DNA of 57,335 nucleotides from Bacteroidota bacterium (GCA_019695345.1 JAIBAE010000021.1:1-57335), one strand, 5' to 3'; positions 10,554-20,807 are shown, counted from the stretch's first letter. The notes: a model not told the origin generated them from the sequence alone. A program made the numbers and translations.

Positions 10554-12461
10554 ATGGGACCATTTGCCTCTGTTTTATGGGTTGTTGTACCCATTTTGTT
10601 CTTCCTGATTTTTTACCGCCTTATCTTCAGGATTTTTGGTATCGTTATCATCCCCGAAAACAAGGTTGGGCTTGTTACTAAAAAGTTTGTACTATTTGGT
10701 GCACACAAAGAACTACCCGACGGGCGCATTATTGCTGTAAACGGCGAGGCCGGATATCAGGCAAAGCCACTTGCCCCGGGTGTGTATTTCTGGATGTGGT
10801 TTTGGCAGTACGAAATAAAGATGCAAGACTTTGTTGTAATCCCCGAAGGTAAGATTGGATTACTTGTTGCTAAAGACGGTGCAGAGTTAGAGACCGGCCG
10901 GGTTCTGGCGCGTAAAGTTGAATGTGATTCATTTCAGGATTCTGTTGCGTTTATTACTAGTGGCGGTCGTAAAGGTAGGCAGTCTGCGTTCATCACTACC
11001 GGAACATATCGTATCAATACATTCCTGTTTGATATTATCATTACCGATATGACGCACATTCAGGAAAACAAAGTTGGTATTATTACCACGTTAGATGGTA
11101 TGCCCATAGAAGAAGGACAAATAGCAGGTAAACAAATTGAAGGTCATAATAATTTTCAGGATACGGATGCATTCTTAGCAAATGGTGGTAATAAAGGTTT
11201 ACAGCCACAGGTGATTTTGGCGGGGTCGTATAACTTAAACCCGTGGTTTGTTCAGGTTGAACAAATTAACATGACGGAAATCCCGATTGGCCATGTTGGC
11301 GTTGTGATAAGTTATGTTGGTAAAGAGGGCGAGGACGTAAGTGGTGTTGAGTTCCGCCACGGTAATATTGTTGCTAAAGGGCATAAAGGTGTGTGGGCAG
11401 AACCGTTTGGCCCGGGTAAGTATCCCATCAACACGTATATACAACGCACCGAGTTGGTACCAACAACAAACCTTGTATTAAACTGGGCTTCAGCCCGAAG
11501 CGAGTCGCATCAATTAGATAAAAATCTTTCAACCATAACAGTACGTAGTAAAGATGGTTTCCCATTTAACTTAGATGTATCGCAGATTATCCATATACCA
11601 TCCAACGAAGCACCAAAAGTTATTGCACGGTTTGGTAACATGATGAATCTTGTTACACAAGTATTAGAACCAACTATTGGTAATTACTTCCGTAACTCGG
11701 CACAGGAAGCTGATGTTATTGCATTTTTAACATCGCGTAAAGAACGCCAGGAATCTGCAAAGCAACATATAAGCAGAGTGCTTGAACAATACAACGTGTA
11801 CGCAGTTGATACATTAATTGGCGATATCGTTCCGCCGGAATCGCTGATGAAAACACTTACCGACCGTAAGATTGCCGAAGAACAAAAAGTAACATTCGAA
11901 ACCCAACGTCAGGCACAGGAAACACGCCAGAAGTTGGAAAAAGAAACAGCCATTGCCGAAATACAAAAAGAAATTGTAAAAGCAGACCAAGGTGTGCAGA
12001 TTGCAAAACGTATTGCCGATGCCGCAGTAGAAAAAGCAAACGGCGAAGCAACCGGAGTAAAAATCTCGGCAAATGCCGAGGCGGAAAAAACAAAAGTTAT
12101 TGCAGGTGCAGATGCCGAACGCACTAAGCTAACAGCCGGTGCCGAAGCGGAAAAGATTCGCGCACTTGCAAACGCCGAAGCCGAGAAAATCTCGGTTACC
12201 GGTAATGCCGAAGCGGAAAAGATTCTGGCAATTGGTAAATCCAGCGCCGAAGCATACCGCTTACAAGTTGATGCAATGGGCGGCGATAACTTCACACGCC
12301 TAAAAGTAACCGAAGCAATTGGCACAAGTAAAATCAAGATTATACCGGATGTACTTATTGCCGGCGGGTCAGGCGACTCACCCAACGGTCCAATAAGCGG
12401 GTTGCTTGGTTTAAAACTCATGGAAGACCTTTCCAAACAAACCGAGAAAAAACAGGAATAA
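10554..12461 (+). CDS. Flotillin-like SPFH/band-7 family protein
   Basis: N-terminal TM segment. An SPFH-like region is followed by a long Ala/Glu/Lys-rich coiled coil carrying AEAEK repeats (KISANAEAEKTKVIAGADAERTKLTAGAEAEKIRALANAEAEKISVTGNAEAEKILA), as in FloT/YqiK flotillins. A terminator hairpin follows. Confidence 0.8.
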   Translation: MGPFASVLWVVVPILFFLIFYRLIFRIFGIVIIPENKVGLVTKKFVLFGAHKELPDGRIIAVNGEAGYQAKPLAPGVYFWMWFWQYEIKMQDFVVIPEGKIGLLVAKDGAELETGRVLARKVECDSFQDSVAFITSGGRKGRQSAFITTGTYRINTFLFDIIITDMTHIQENKVGIITTLDGMPIEEGQIAGKQIEGHNNFQDTDAFLANGGNKGLQPQVILAGSYNLNPWFVQVEQINMTEIPIGHVGVVISYVGKEGEDVSGVEFRHGNIVAKGHKGVWAEPFGPGKYPINTYIQRTELVPTTNLVLNWASARSESHQLDKNLSTITVRSKDGFPFNLDVSQIIHIPSNEAPKVIARFGNMMNLVTQVLEPTIGNYFRNSAQEADVIAFLTSRKERQESAKQHISRVLEQYNVYAVDTLIGDIVPPESLMKTLTDRKIAEEQKVTFETQRQAQETRQKLEKETAIAEIQKEIVKADQGVQIAKRIADAAVEKANGEATGVKISANAEAEKTKVIAGADAERTKLTAGAEAEKIRALANAEAEKISVTGNAEAEKILAIGKSSAEAYRLQVDAMGGDNFTRLKVTEAIGTSKIKIIPDVLIAGGSGDSPNGPISGLLGLKLMEDLSKQTEKKQE

Positions 12462-12485
12462 CTTTCCTACATACAACTCTTCAGC

Positions 12486-12519
12486 AAGGCAGATGTAATA
12501 TCTGCCTTTGTTGTTTCTG
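12486..12519 (+). terminator. Rho-independent terminator after the flotillin gene
   Basis: Stem AAGGCAGAT / ATCTGCCTT (9 bp), loop GTAAT, then TGTTGTTTCTG. A MITE copy starts immediately afterwards. Confidence 0.7.
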
Positions 12520-12784
12520 CTATCGCAATCCGCACCGTACCGTTAGCCGTTTGTAGGGGCGTGATTGCATACGCCCGCCTTCATCTGCGGGAAAGAATCT
12601 CGTACGCCACACAGCATTTACCGTGATGAGAAATACGAACACGGAGAATCGGAGACACAGAGGATTGCACGGAGTTCTTTTACTCTACCATCACGATAAC
12701 CGCTTGGGTTGTATTGAATATTCTTTCCAGCAGAGTGTGGATATGTTGATAAACCTGTGGATAGGTGCCGCAATGCGCAAGCAC
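12518..12784. mobile_element. MITE copy M4 (long form, 267 bp)
   Basis: Left TIR TGCTATCGCAATCCGCACCG. About 95% identical to copy M5 over its whole length. Right end is GCCGCAATGCGCAAGCA. The track's spurious ORF 12623..12811 lies inside it. Confidence 0.75.
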
Positions 12785-12883
12785 AGAATGAATACCGTAG
12801 TATTACCGTAGCAAATTGGTGCTTACGTAATGATAAGTTCGCAATGTAGTTATATGAATTATCACATTGTATAGGTTACTTCT

Positions 12884-13648
12884 ATGAAAACTCTTTGCCA
12901 TAACGTACTGTTTTACTGTGTTTGTATTGTTGTAGCTGTGTTAATGTTTGATTGTTCTGAGCAACCAAAAGAGCCAGCTAATCTTGCAGTTGAATACTCT
13001 GCACCTCAAACAATCCAGAGAATACGACAGACAACATTCAACAATTCAATGCTGAGTACCGACTCGTTATTGGTATCGGATATACGTATGATAAACGGAA
13101 AGAATGCAGTTGCGGTAATGTTGGCTTCGGATATTTCCAAGCCACTGTATTACGAAGCGCTAGATTGGCAAGGTTTACATATTTATCAACATCCGCTACC
13201 GGAGTTATCGGGTGTAGTACCTGTGGCTTGTACTGAACGTTGGGTGAGGTATTCAACATATTCTGATACAGAGAATTGTTGGGTAAATATAGATACCACC
13301 GTTGTTGGTGCACCATGCACAATTAACGATAACCGCTGTACTATTGATGCACGGATAACATCGTACACAGCACGGAATTCCAATTCCGGAAACATATTGC
13401 CTGCTTGCACGCAGTATGTACGTGTAACTACAGTTAATGGTACAGTACACTCTGCCCAAGGTAATATTCCGGTGCAATGGAAAATTACACGCAACGTATA
13501 TTGCAGTTACCAGCATGGTATAGAACAAGCTATACAGGAACCAACAGTATTGGATGCAGGTGCATTAGGTAAGCTAACTGTTAGCGGGATACAAACTTCG
13601 GTTCGGTTTTATGTTCAGCAGGGTAAATCCTTAGCTATAGAAAAATAG
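12884..13648 (+). CDS. Hypothetical Cys-rich secreted protein or lipoprotein
   Basis: ORF of 254 aa. Hydrophobic N-terminus with a possible lipobox (VLMFDC). About 14 Cys. No recognisable domain. Confidence 0.45.
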   Translation: MKTLCHNVLFYCVCIVVAVLMFDCSEQPKEPANLAVEYSAPQTIQRIRQTTFNNSMLSTDSLLVSDIRMINGKNAVAVMLASDISKPLYYEALDWQGLHIYQHPLPELSGVVPVACTERWVRYSTYSDTENCWVNIDTTVVGAPCTINDNRCTIDARITSYTARNSNSGNILPACTQYVRVTTVNGTVHSAQGNIPVQWKITRNVYCSYQHGIEQAIQEPTVLDAGALGKLTVSGIQTSVRFYVQQGKSLAIEK

Positions 13649-13691
13649 AATTGATAGGCACTCTTGCAATACATGTACCGGGTGTATCACC

Positions 13692-14141
13692 ATGAACAAA
13701 CCTGTTACACCTACAACGGAGAAACCGCTGGTTAACAATAAGAAAAAGAAATTGAAACGTGTTGCTTCTACAAAACAACGTGCACGAGCAAAAGCAATTA
13801 CCGGCTCTTTTGTAGAGTTGAATTCCTTATTGGCTAAACAAGCGATAGATGAATTAGAAGATATATTTAAAGAAAGCACGTTAACGTTACCAGAATCATT
13901 TCCCGTGTTACACAAAGAGTACTTGCAACAACTCTCGGGCGTATACCCGGAGTTTACAGAACTTCAGCTAAAAATATGCGCACTACTAAAGGTATATTGT
14001 ACACAAGCGGAAGTTAGCGCTATCCTTGATATACCGTTTCATGTATTACAACAGGAAATTATAGATATACAACACAAGTTGCTGTTACCTTTGCCTAATA
14101 TGGTAGAACAAACATTGCAACAAGAACACACTACAACATAG
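13692..14141 (+). CDS. Small protein with a degenerate LuxR/GerE-like HTH, basic N-terminus
   Basis: The C-terminal segment FTELQLKICALLKVYCTQAEVSAILDIPFHVLQQEIIDIQHKL is paralogous to the HTH of the downstream regulator (TPMELKICALLKIQLSTKEIAAALVLSTRTVEDHRNRMRKKFGL). Its stop TAG at 14139-14141 abuts the next ORF's TTG at 14142. Confidence 0.5.
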   Translation: MNKPVTPTTEKPLVNNKKKKLKRVASTKQRARAKAITGSFVELNSLLAKQAIDELEDIFKESTLTLPESFPVLHKEYLQQLSGVYPEFTELQLKICALLKVYCTQAEVSAILDIPFHVLQQEIIDIQHKLLLPLPNMVEQTLQQEHTTT

Positions 14142-16229
14142 TTGATACTTATACTTATGCACAACAATCGCCAACAAATAATAGCAGAGATAGAGCAACA
14201 GCTGCAAAAAACTCGCAGTAAAGAGAAACGCATTGTGTTGTTAAACCAACTTGCCGCAGAATGCAAGGAAGATATCCCCCATAAAGCAGTAACGTATGCA
14301 GAACAATCCAGACAACTGTCCGAAGAACTGCTCAAACATGCAGCGTCCAACCTACAAGTTCAGTTTTACAAAAAACATCTTGCCAAGGCATTGCATATAT
14401 TGGCCTTTTGTTTACGTACCACTACACGGATTCAAGAAGCTGAACAGTATGCCTTACGAGCTATTGTATTGTATAAAGAGCTTCATGAGCCAGAGCAAGT
14501 AGCATTTGTTCAGTATCACACAGGTTTTTTGTATTGGCTATATCACCGTTATCAGGATGCATTAGATATGTTTCGTAATGCAATTTCTACATTTTATAAG
14601 GTAGGAAATATACGATATTATCATAATGGCAGAACAAGCATGTCAAATACCTTGTTACGATTAGGTAAATACAGTGAAGCAGAAGAGTACCTGTTAGAGA
14701 GTATGCAATATGCACGCAGCAATAACCTTGAACCTGACCTATCGGTTGCACTTGTTGGATTGGGAAATTTATACGAAGACAGAAGTCAGTTTGATAAAGC
14801 GTTACCTTGTTATAAAGAAAGCATTGAATTGTTACGAAGGATTGGTTCGCCAATAAATCTGGCAGGTGCATTAACAGGAATGGGTGGTATATGTAAAATA
14901 CTTGGAAATATATCGGAATCAATAGAATATAATAACGAGGCACTTAGTATATATAACCAAACTGGAAATATAACAGGTGCTGTTACTGTGATGGAAATCT
15001 TAAGTGGAATATACCTTCATCAGGGCGATTTTGAGAAATCAATTGCCATAGCACTCAACATAATAGAAAAGTTAGAAGGGACCGAATACAAACGCATTCT
15101 TGCAGGTGCATACAATAACATTGCATCGGTTTATATAGCACAGCATAATTATCTGAAGTCAGCAGAGTATTTTACCAAAGCACATGATATTTATGCACAA
15201 ATACAAGATGTTAGGGGAGTGTGTTTTACTAATTCAAATATTGCTGAAGTATTTTCGGATAATAACCAATGGCACGAAGCATTACCATATATAACAACTG
15301 CCTGGAGCATGGCAACCGAAAATAAATTTCTCGATTTAGAAATTGAGATAGCTTCGGTGTATGGCAAAATACTTGCCGTTGTACAAAGCGATACCGAAGC
15401 ACTACAGATATACAACAGTACATTTAATACGTGTATTGAGTTTGGGCACAAACGCGGAGCAATCTTTCTTTCCATGTATGCCGGTAATTCATATTACCGG
15501 CTTGGCAACCTTGCAGAGGCAGAGGAACGCTACCAGTATTCATTGCGCACAGCATTGGATATCGGCGAAAAACAACAGGCAATGAATGCACACAAGTGTC
15601 TTGCCGAGTTGTACGAGCGTAACAACGCATCGGCACAGGCACTACAGCATTACAAGGAGTTCCACACAATAGAACGTTTGTTGTTTAACGAACAATCAAC
15701 AAAACGTATTTCATATCTGCAGGTATTACACGAAACCGAAACAGCAGAAAAAGAACGCGACATCTTCCGGCTTGAAAATGAGAAGCTGCAATCGGAGAAC
15801 GAGTTTAAATCTAAAGAGCTATCGGCAATGGCATTGCATCTTGTTCAGAAAAATGAGATGCTGGATACACTACGAACCAAAGCTCGTGCAATCGTAGAAT
15901 CCTATGCCGAAAAATCCCGACAACTCGCTATCGAAATGGTTCAGCAAATTGAAAGTAATATCCGCGACGACAACTCATGGGATTCATTCAATCAACAATT
16001 CACACAACTACATTCAGGTTTTGCACAAACACTCTCAGAACGATTTCCCAACCTAACACCAATGGAGCTAAAAATCTGTGCACTCCTAAAAATACAACTC
16101 AGCACCAAAGAGATAGCCGCGGCGTTAGTGCTCTCCACCCGCACCGTAGAAGACCACCGCAACCGTATGCGTAAAAAGTTTGGTCTGAGCAAAGAAGAAA
16201 ACCTTGCTACATTTCTTGCATCGTTATAG
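14142..16229 (+). CDS. TPR-repeat protein with a C-terminal LuxR-family HTH (transcriptional regulator)
   Basis: Multiple TPR-like repeats are followed by the C-terminal GerE/LuxR HTH LTPMELKICALLKIQLSTKEIAAALVLSTRTVEDHRNRMRKKFGLS. The track start is TTG at 14142; an in-frame ATG at 14157 (MHNNRQQ) is the likely start. Confidence 0.75.
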   Translation: MILILMHNNRQQIIAEIEQQLQKTRSKEKRIVLLNQLAAECKEDIPHKAVTYAEQSRQLSEELLKHAASNLQVQFYKKHLAKALHILAFCLRTTTRIQEAEQYALRAIVLYKELHEPEQVAFVQYHTGFLYWLYHRYQDALDMFRNAISTFYKVGNIRYYHNGRTSMSNTLLRLGKYSEAEEYLLESMQYARSNNLEPDLSVALVGLGNLYEDRSQFDKALPCYKESIELLRRIGSPINLAGALTGMGGICKILGNISESIEYNNEALSIYNQTGNITGAVTVMEILSGIYLHQGDFEKSIAIALNIIEKLEGTEYKRILAGAYNNIASVYIAQHNYLKSAEYFTKAHDIYAQIQDVRGVCFTNSNIAEVFSDNNQWHEALPYITTAWSMATENKFLDLEIEIASVYGKILAVVQSDTEALQIYNSTFNTCIEFGHKRGAIFLSMYAGNSYYRLGNLAEAEERYQYSLRTALDIGEKQQAMNAHKCLAELYERNNASAQALQHYKEFHTIERLLFNEQSTKRISYLQVLHETETAEKERDIFRLENEKLQSENEFKSKELSAMALHLVQKNEMLDTLRTKARAIVESYAEKSRQLAIEMVQQIESNIRDDNSWDSFNQQFTQLHSGFAQTLSERFPNLTPMELKICALLKIQLSTKEIAAALVLSTRTVEDHRNRMRKKFGLSKEENLATFLASL

Positions 16230-16254
16230 AAGTAATTTCTTTTGGTACCCCACA

Positions 16255-16395
16255 TCTGCCGAAGCAACCGCGCCAGCGCGGCAACTCTGTCCGAGCCGCA
16301 CGTTCAGCGGCGCGTACTCAGCTTTGCGATGCTGTATCGTTTTGTCCCGCCCGTGTGACGGCGCACAACGGCACGCTTCAGCAAAGGAGGGAAAC
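16255..16395. repeat. Family B dispersed repeat (reverse-type, composite)
   Basis: CTGCCGAAGCAACCGCGCCAGCGCGGCAACTCTGTCCGAGCCGCACGTTCAGCGGCGC … CCCGCCCGTGTGACGGCGC. Related to the copies at 4661, 28691 and 31471. Confidence 0.55.
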
Positions 16396-16400
16396 CACAA

Positions 16401-16430
16401 ATAAAAAAGGGAACATCGCTTTGTGTTCCC
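16401..16430 (-). terminator. Terminator hairpin (best on the minus strand; possibly bidirectional)
   Basis: Stem GGGAACA / TGTTCCC (7 bp). An A-run lies 5' on the plus strand, which is a T-run on the minus strand. It sits between convergent genes. Confidence 0.6.
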
Positions 16431-16461
16431 TTGTGCGTTTGTACTTTTAGTTACTATAGTA

Positions 16462-16881
16462 TTATACGGCATTACTTCCGGACAGTTTTTGTTGCAGCCA
16501 TGCAATTACAGCTCCTGCACATACGGTTGTTATTGAGTTTGATGTTACATCAACAAGCATAACAGTGGTGGTCATGATGGTAAAGCTTGCAAACATCCAG
16601 AGGTCGAACCATACATACAATGCAATCGAGCCAATGGCAGTATATTTTACCGCTGTACCAATGCTGTTCACATTCATTTTATCAAATAAAACACTTAGTA
16701 GCAGCGCAAGTATAAGGTGCGCCCCAATAATTAACCCGAAGTTAGGATTCGTGTTGGCAATGCTCCCTATACTCTTCATAAATTCTGCAAAGAAGTTCAT
16801 AAATACCAGCATATAAAATATAGAGCCAACTATTGTTAACACCACAGTTCCCGCAAGTGCAGGCAACAATATCTTTTTCAT
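16462..16881 (-). CDS. Small multi-pass membrane protein (hypothetical)
   Basis: ORF of 139 aa with 4 predicted TM segments. A hairpin with a T-run on the minus strand follows (16401-16430). Confidence 0.5.
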   Translation of the reverse strand: MKKILLPALAGTVVLTIVGSIFYMLVFMNFFAEFMKSIGSIANTNPNFGLIIGAHLILALLLSVLFDKMNVNSIGTAVKYTAIGSIALYVWFDLWMFASFTIMTTTVMLVDVTSNSITTVCAGAVIAWLQQKLSGSNAV

Positions 16882-16912
16882 AAAACTCCCCTATAAATAA
16901 ATAGAATAATGA

Positions 16913-17860
16913 TTATTTCTGTACCGGTACATCTATTACCGGAATTGTTTGTAGATAGTCCCATATTGCCGATAGTTCGGTATCATCAACTGCGTGTAGG
17001 CGTGGCATTGCAGGGCTTAATACCTTCCCATTTGGTTTCTCGCCTGTTTTTACGGCATGAATAAACTGCTCCTTCGTCCAGGAACCAATACCATGTAGTT
17101 TGCTCATGGTAATATTTGGCGTTATAAATATTTTAAACTCCTTATCACTTATTTCATTCCCGCCGCCAAAGTACCCGGGCGATTTCTCCGGCACATATAC
17201 ATCGTTGGTTTCAAAACTTTTAGAGTGGCATTCGTAACATTGATACCGTGCTGTAGCAAGGTACTTCCCATACGGAACAGTATTTTCCGGAGATGGCGTT
17301 ACAACGGGTGTTCCGGTATATTCTAACGGTTTAAACGCGCCAAGTTTAACCAATGCCCGCACTAAAAAGTTATACTCGGTTTTCTTGCGCTCTGTGGCCG
17401 ATGGTTGTACTATTGGTGAGTTAGAACGTAAGTATGCTATTATAGCACCAAGGTCTTTATCGGAAAGTAATGGCGACGACATCCAAGGGCCTATAAAGTT
17501 TCCGTGCCTTCCTATCCCCGTACGAAGCAGATATGCAAGCTGGCCATCGGAGTAATTTCCTATTCCGTGTTCTTTATCTTGTGTAATGTTTCTGCTCCAA
17601 AACTCACCAAATGGGTCGCCCGCTCTGGAAAACTGTCTGCCACTTAACTTACCGTCATCGCCCAGATGGCAATAGGCGCAGCGTTCTTCAACAATTACTT
17701 TCCCAACATGTAACTCTGCGGAATCGGTGGGAATAGTAACGGCAATAGACTTGGATTCGAATGTTGGCAAATCAGTAAATGCAATCCATAGTGCAACACA
17801 TGCAAGTATGGCAACAATACCGCCAACAATTATTCCAACAATTTTCAGAAGTTTTTTCAT
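16913..17860 (-). CDS. Membrane-anchored diheme c-type cytochrome
   Basis: N-terminal TM anchor. Two CXXCH heme-binding motifs are present (CAYCH and CYECH). Confidence 0.8.
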   Translation of the reverse strand: MKKLLKIVGIIVGGIVAILACVALWIAFTDLPTFESKSIAVTIPTDSAELHVGKVIVEERCAYCHLGDDGKLSGRQFSRAGDPFGEFWSRNITQDKEHGIGNYSDGQLAYLLRTGIGRHGNFIGPWMSSPLLSDKDLGAIIAYLRSNSPIVQPSATERKKTEYNFLVRALVKLGAFKPLEYTGTPVVTPSPENTVPYGKYLATARYQCYECHSKSFETNDVYVPEKSPGYFGGGNEISDKEFKIFITPNITMSKLHGIGSWTKEQFIHAVKTGEKPNGKVLSPAMPRLHAVDDTELSAIWDYLQTIPVIDVPVQK

Positions 17861-18040
17861 ATATCATAGCTAATAGTTCAACAAACAGATAACTGGTAGA
17901 AAATGGCATTATATCATTGAATGTTTGTAGCACATTTTGCTATCAGTTTTACCAATGCAAACTATTATCCGTAACAAGCAAATGCACTACGGTATTACTA
18001 CGGTATTGCCGTAATGGGCAGGGGAAGTTATTGTGTTATC

Positions 18041-18304
18041 TGCTATCGCAATCCGTACCGTACCGTTAGCCGTTTGTAGGGGCATATTGCATACGCCCGC
18101 CTTCATCTGCGGGAAAGAATCTCGTGCGCCACACAGCATTTACCGTGATGAGAAATACGAACACGGAGAATCGGAGACACAGAGGATTGCACGGAGTTCT
18201 TTTACTCTACCATCATGATAACCGTGCGTATGTACGTGGAATATTCTCTCCCGCAGAGTGAGGATATGTTGATAACCTATGGATAGGAGCGGCAATGCGA
18301 TAGC
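18041..18304. mobile_element. MITE copy M5 (long form, 264 bp)
   Basis: Bounded by TGCTATCGCAATCCGTACCG … GCGGCAATGCGATAGCA. Near-identical to M4. The track's spurious ORF 18033..18218 lies inside it. Confidence 0.75.
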
Positions 18305-18308
18305 AGAA

Positions 18309-18986
18309 TTACGATACTGCTACATCGTTACGTTGTTTTATAAATCTGAACGACCAATACATCATGTTTAGCAATAATCCCATTGCCAACGTCATACCCC
18401 ATGCGCGCGGGTGCTGCATTGGAAATAACAATCTGCTACCTACATCGGTTAGTACATCCATTGGTTCGCGGAGGATATCCCAACTGTTCCAGCGTAAGTA
18501 TCGCCCAACGTAAATGCCGTAGCTTCCAACAAACAACATGGCAGTTACAAGCAATCGTATGCTACGCGATGGTAAGTTCCGGCTGAGAATTTTTTCTAAA
18601 TCCCACAAACTCAAAAAGCCAAAAAGAAGTCCTGTCCAAGCAAACGAAAGTACTAATACTAAATCGAACCAGATAGGTGTGGTGGAATGATCTTTTAAGT
18701 GGAATAAATCAGTAAGGATATACGGCGCATTAGGGAAGAATAACATCCATGTGCAGGCAACTACAATAAACAAGAGCGATTGCACACGTACCGTGGGTTT
18801 AATAATCAGGAACGATGTTAACATCCACGGGATAAACGCCAGAAACAAGTTCCAATTTAAGAACAGATACATCCCCGATGATGCATACACTACTCGGAAC
18901 GCAGAGAGTGCAAAACAGATGGCACATAGCCCAAGCATAAACAGTGTTTCTGTGTAGCGTCCGTGTTTCTTTAAAGTAGAAATCAT
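18309..18986 (-). CDS. Polytopic membrane protein, DUF1361-like
   Basis: ORF of 225 aa with about 6 TM segments and a Trp/Phe-rich architecture reminiscent of the DUF1361 family. The family assignment is from memory, not a search. Confidence 0.5.
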   Translation of the reverse strand: MISTLKKHGRYTETLFMLGLCAICFALSAFRVVYASSGMYLFLNWNLFLAFIPWMLTSFLIIKPTVRVQSLLFIVVACTWMLFFPNAPYILTDLFHLKDHSTTPIWFDLVLVLSFAWTGLLFGFLSLWDLEKILSRNLPSRSIRLLVTAMLFVGSYGIYVGRYLRWNSWDILREPMDVLTDVGSRLLFPMQHPRAWGMTLAMGLLLNMMYWSFRFIKQRNDVAVS

Positions 18987-19259
18987 ACGAGGTTAGCATG
19001 GATATAATACATAATACCCATGCTAACGATTTACAACAAATACAAGTGTTGCCATTACTTTTGTTTAGCAACTTGTTAACAGAGCAACCAAGTATTATTA
19101 CAACTGCCGGTACGCGTCATTCCCGAAAACACGACATAAGCGTTTATCGGGAATCCATGAATTTATAACTATGTAGTATGGATACCCGTTTTCACGGGTA
19201 TGACAGCATACGTACATTATCTTAACACGGCGCACCAATGTTCATACTATACAAACAAC

Positions 19260-19826
19260 TTATTTCTTCTTGATACTAACGTTATCAAGCCAAAGGGTTC
19301 CGGGTATAAGTACATTCAGTTCAAAACGTAAACGTTGATATTCTTTTGCAACCGGAATAGTATAGACAAATTCTTTCCAATCGGTATTTGATTCTGTTGT
19401 TGTTAGCAGTTGTTTTGTATCGCCAGTTGTTGCGGCAATTCCACCTGCCTGAACACTAAACTTAGTTCCCTTATTCTTTACCCAAAAACGAAGTTCATAT
19501 TCCGAGCCTCCGTCAACATCAAATTCCTTAGCCACACCCGGCGAACGCCATCCGCCTTGTGCAGTACACTCCTGAACATCAAACCGCAGAGATTGCTTGC
19601 CATCCTGAGGTGCTTCAGTATCAACACCAACTGTAAACTTAGCCGCGGGAACTGTTTTGCTGGTGTAGATATCCCAGTTAACAGGCATGCCCTGTTGCGC
19701 AACTTCAAAGCTGTTGTTGCTTCCGGTGTTGGAATCGGTAATACGCTCGCTCATATCAGAGCAACTAATAAAAAACAATGATGCAACTGCACCCACTAAA
19801 ACCGATTTTCCTACAATAGTAGCCAT
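19260..19826 (-). CDS. Lipoprotein with a carbohydrate-binding-module-like beta-sandwich (hypothetical)
   Basis: I moved the start to MATIVGKSVLVGAVASLFFISC (lipobox FISC). The C-terminus has a galactose-binding-like pattern (WLDNVSI). Confidence 0.5.
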   Translation of the reverse strand: MATIVGKSVLVGAVASLFFISCSDMSERITDSNTGSNNSFEVAQQGMPVNWDIYTSKTVPAAKFTVGVDTEAPQDGKQSLRFDVQECTAQGGWRSPGVAKEFDVDGGSEYELRFWVKNKGTKFSVQAGGIAATTGDTKQLLTTTESNTDWKEFVYTIPVAKEYQRLRFELNVLIPGTLWLDNVSIKKK

Positions 19827-19994
19827 ACTTATATGGTAAATGTTATACAATTTCCGTGTGCTACGGGTAGTACCTGCATTTGTTTCAGTTTTAAGAATAA
19901 TTCGTCTTAATAAACGAAAAAACTCTGCGTATCTGCCCTGTTAACTTCTGTCGTTATTTTTGAGAACAACAATGTTATTATAACAGATAAGAAT

Positions 19995-20807
19995 ATGATG
20001 TCACTACGTCCATCGTTACCACAACGGATAATATGTTTAACCGAAGAAACCACCGAAACACTGTATGCACTTGGTGCCGATGAACTGATTGTAGGCATTT
20101 CCGGTTTTACGGTGCGTCCGGCAATTGCGCGCAAAACAAAACCCAAGGTTAGTACTTATCTTGATGCCAATATTAACAGCATTGTTTCTTTAGAGCCCGA
20201 CGTTGTTTTAGCATGGAGCGATTTACAAGCACCACTTTGCGCCGAACTGATGAAACAAGGAATACAAGTAATTGGGTTTAACCACCGCTCGGTTGAAGGA
20301 ATACTCTCCATGATTCTTACCCTTGGTGCGTTGGTTGGTAAACCCACCGAAGCAAACATGTATGTAGAAACACTATTACACAAACTTCATGTTGCACAAA
20401 CGCAAGCACAACAACGGACTATTCAGCCACGTGTGTATTTTGAAGAATGGTACGACCCGCTTATAACCGGCATCTGCTGGGTAAGCGAGCTTATAGAACT
20501 TTGTGGCGGCATAGATGTATTCAGCGAGAACCGGCAGTATCAGGATGCAAAGCGCAGAATACTTCCCAACACCGATGTAGTTATAGAGCGCAACCCCGAT
20601 ATACTGCTTGCCTCGTGGTGTGGTAAAGGATTCAAAAAGGAGAAAGTGCTGGCACGCCCGGGTTGGGATACTATTAACGCAATTGTACACAATCACATCT
20701 ACGAAATAAAATCAAGCATCATTCTTCAACCGGGTCCGGCGGCGTTAACCGATGGCGTTGATAAACTCATGCACATATTTACCACGTGGGAACAATCTCA
20801 ACAATAG
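19995..20807 (+). CDS. Class III periplasmic-binding-protein fold protein (BtuF/FecB/TroA-like, cobalamin or Fe-siderophore binding)
   Basis: Motifs typical of the BtuF/FhuD family are present (RIICLTEETTETLYALGADELIVGIS ... PDVVLAW ... VYFEEWYDP ... PDILLASWCG). No obvious signal peptide. Confidence 0.6.
   Translation: MMSLRPSLPQRIICLTEETTETLYALGADELIVGISGFTVRPAIARKTKPKVSTYLDANINSIVSLEPDVVLAWSDLQAPLCAELMKQGIQVIGFNHRSVEGILSMILTLGALVGKPTEANMYVETLLHKLHVAQTQAQQRTIQPRVYFEEWYDPLITGICWVSELIELCGGIDVFSENRQYQDAKRRILPNTDVVIERNPDILLASWCGKGFKKEKVLARPGWDTINAIVHNHIYEIKSSIILQPGPAALTDGVDKLMHIFTTWEQSQQ

Noticed and set aside
12700-12790. DnaA-box-like 9-mers (TGTGGATAT, TGTGGATAG; also 10322-10340, 10500-10512 and 46341-46352) suggesting an origin
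   Set aside because: They are 8/9 matches located inside MITE copies or a gene start. There is no dnaA/dnaN gene and no AT-rich unwinding element nearby. They are most likely part of the MITE consensus.
12623-12811. Short ORFs inside repeats (12623..12811 and 18033..18218 inside MITEs; 56667..57020, 48916..49101, 28466..28663 inside composite repeats; 31876..32067 and 34341..34565 in the conserved leaders)
   Set aside because: They are translations of repeat DNA (peptides such as ILRVAQNDK, VILSNAKNL, PPVFAHGKKGARCV). Their apparent conservation reflects DNA-level repeat identity, and there are no convincing start contexts.
19100-19200. Hairpins (TTCCCGAAAAC…CGGGAA, ATACCCG-TTTTCA-CGGGTAT) between convergent genes as terminators
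   Set aside because: The stems are imperfect and lack a clear U-tract on either strand. They are plausible but not strong enough to annotate.
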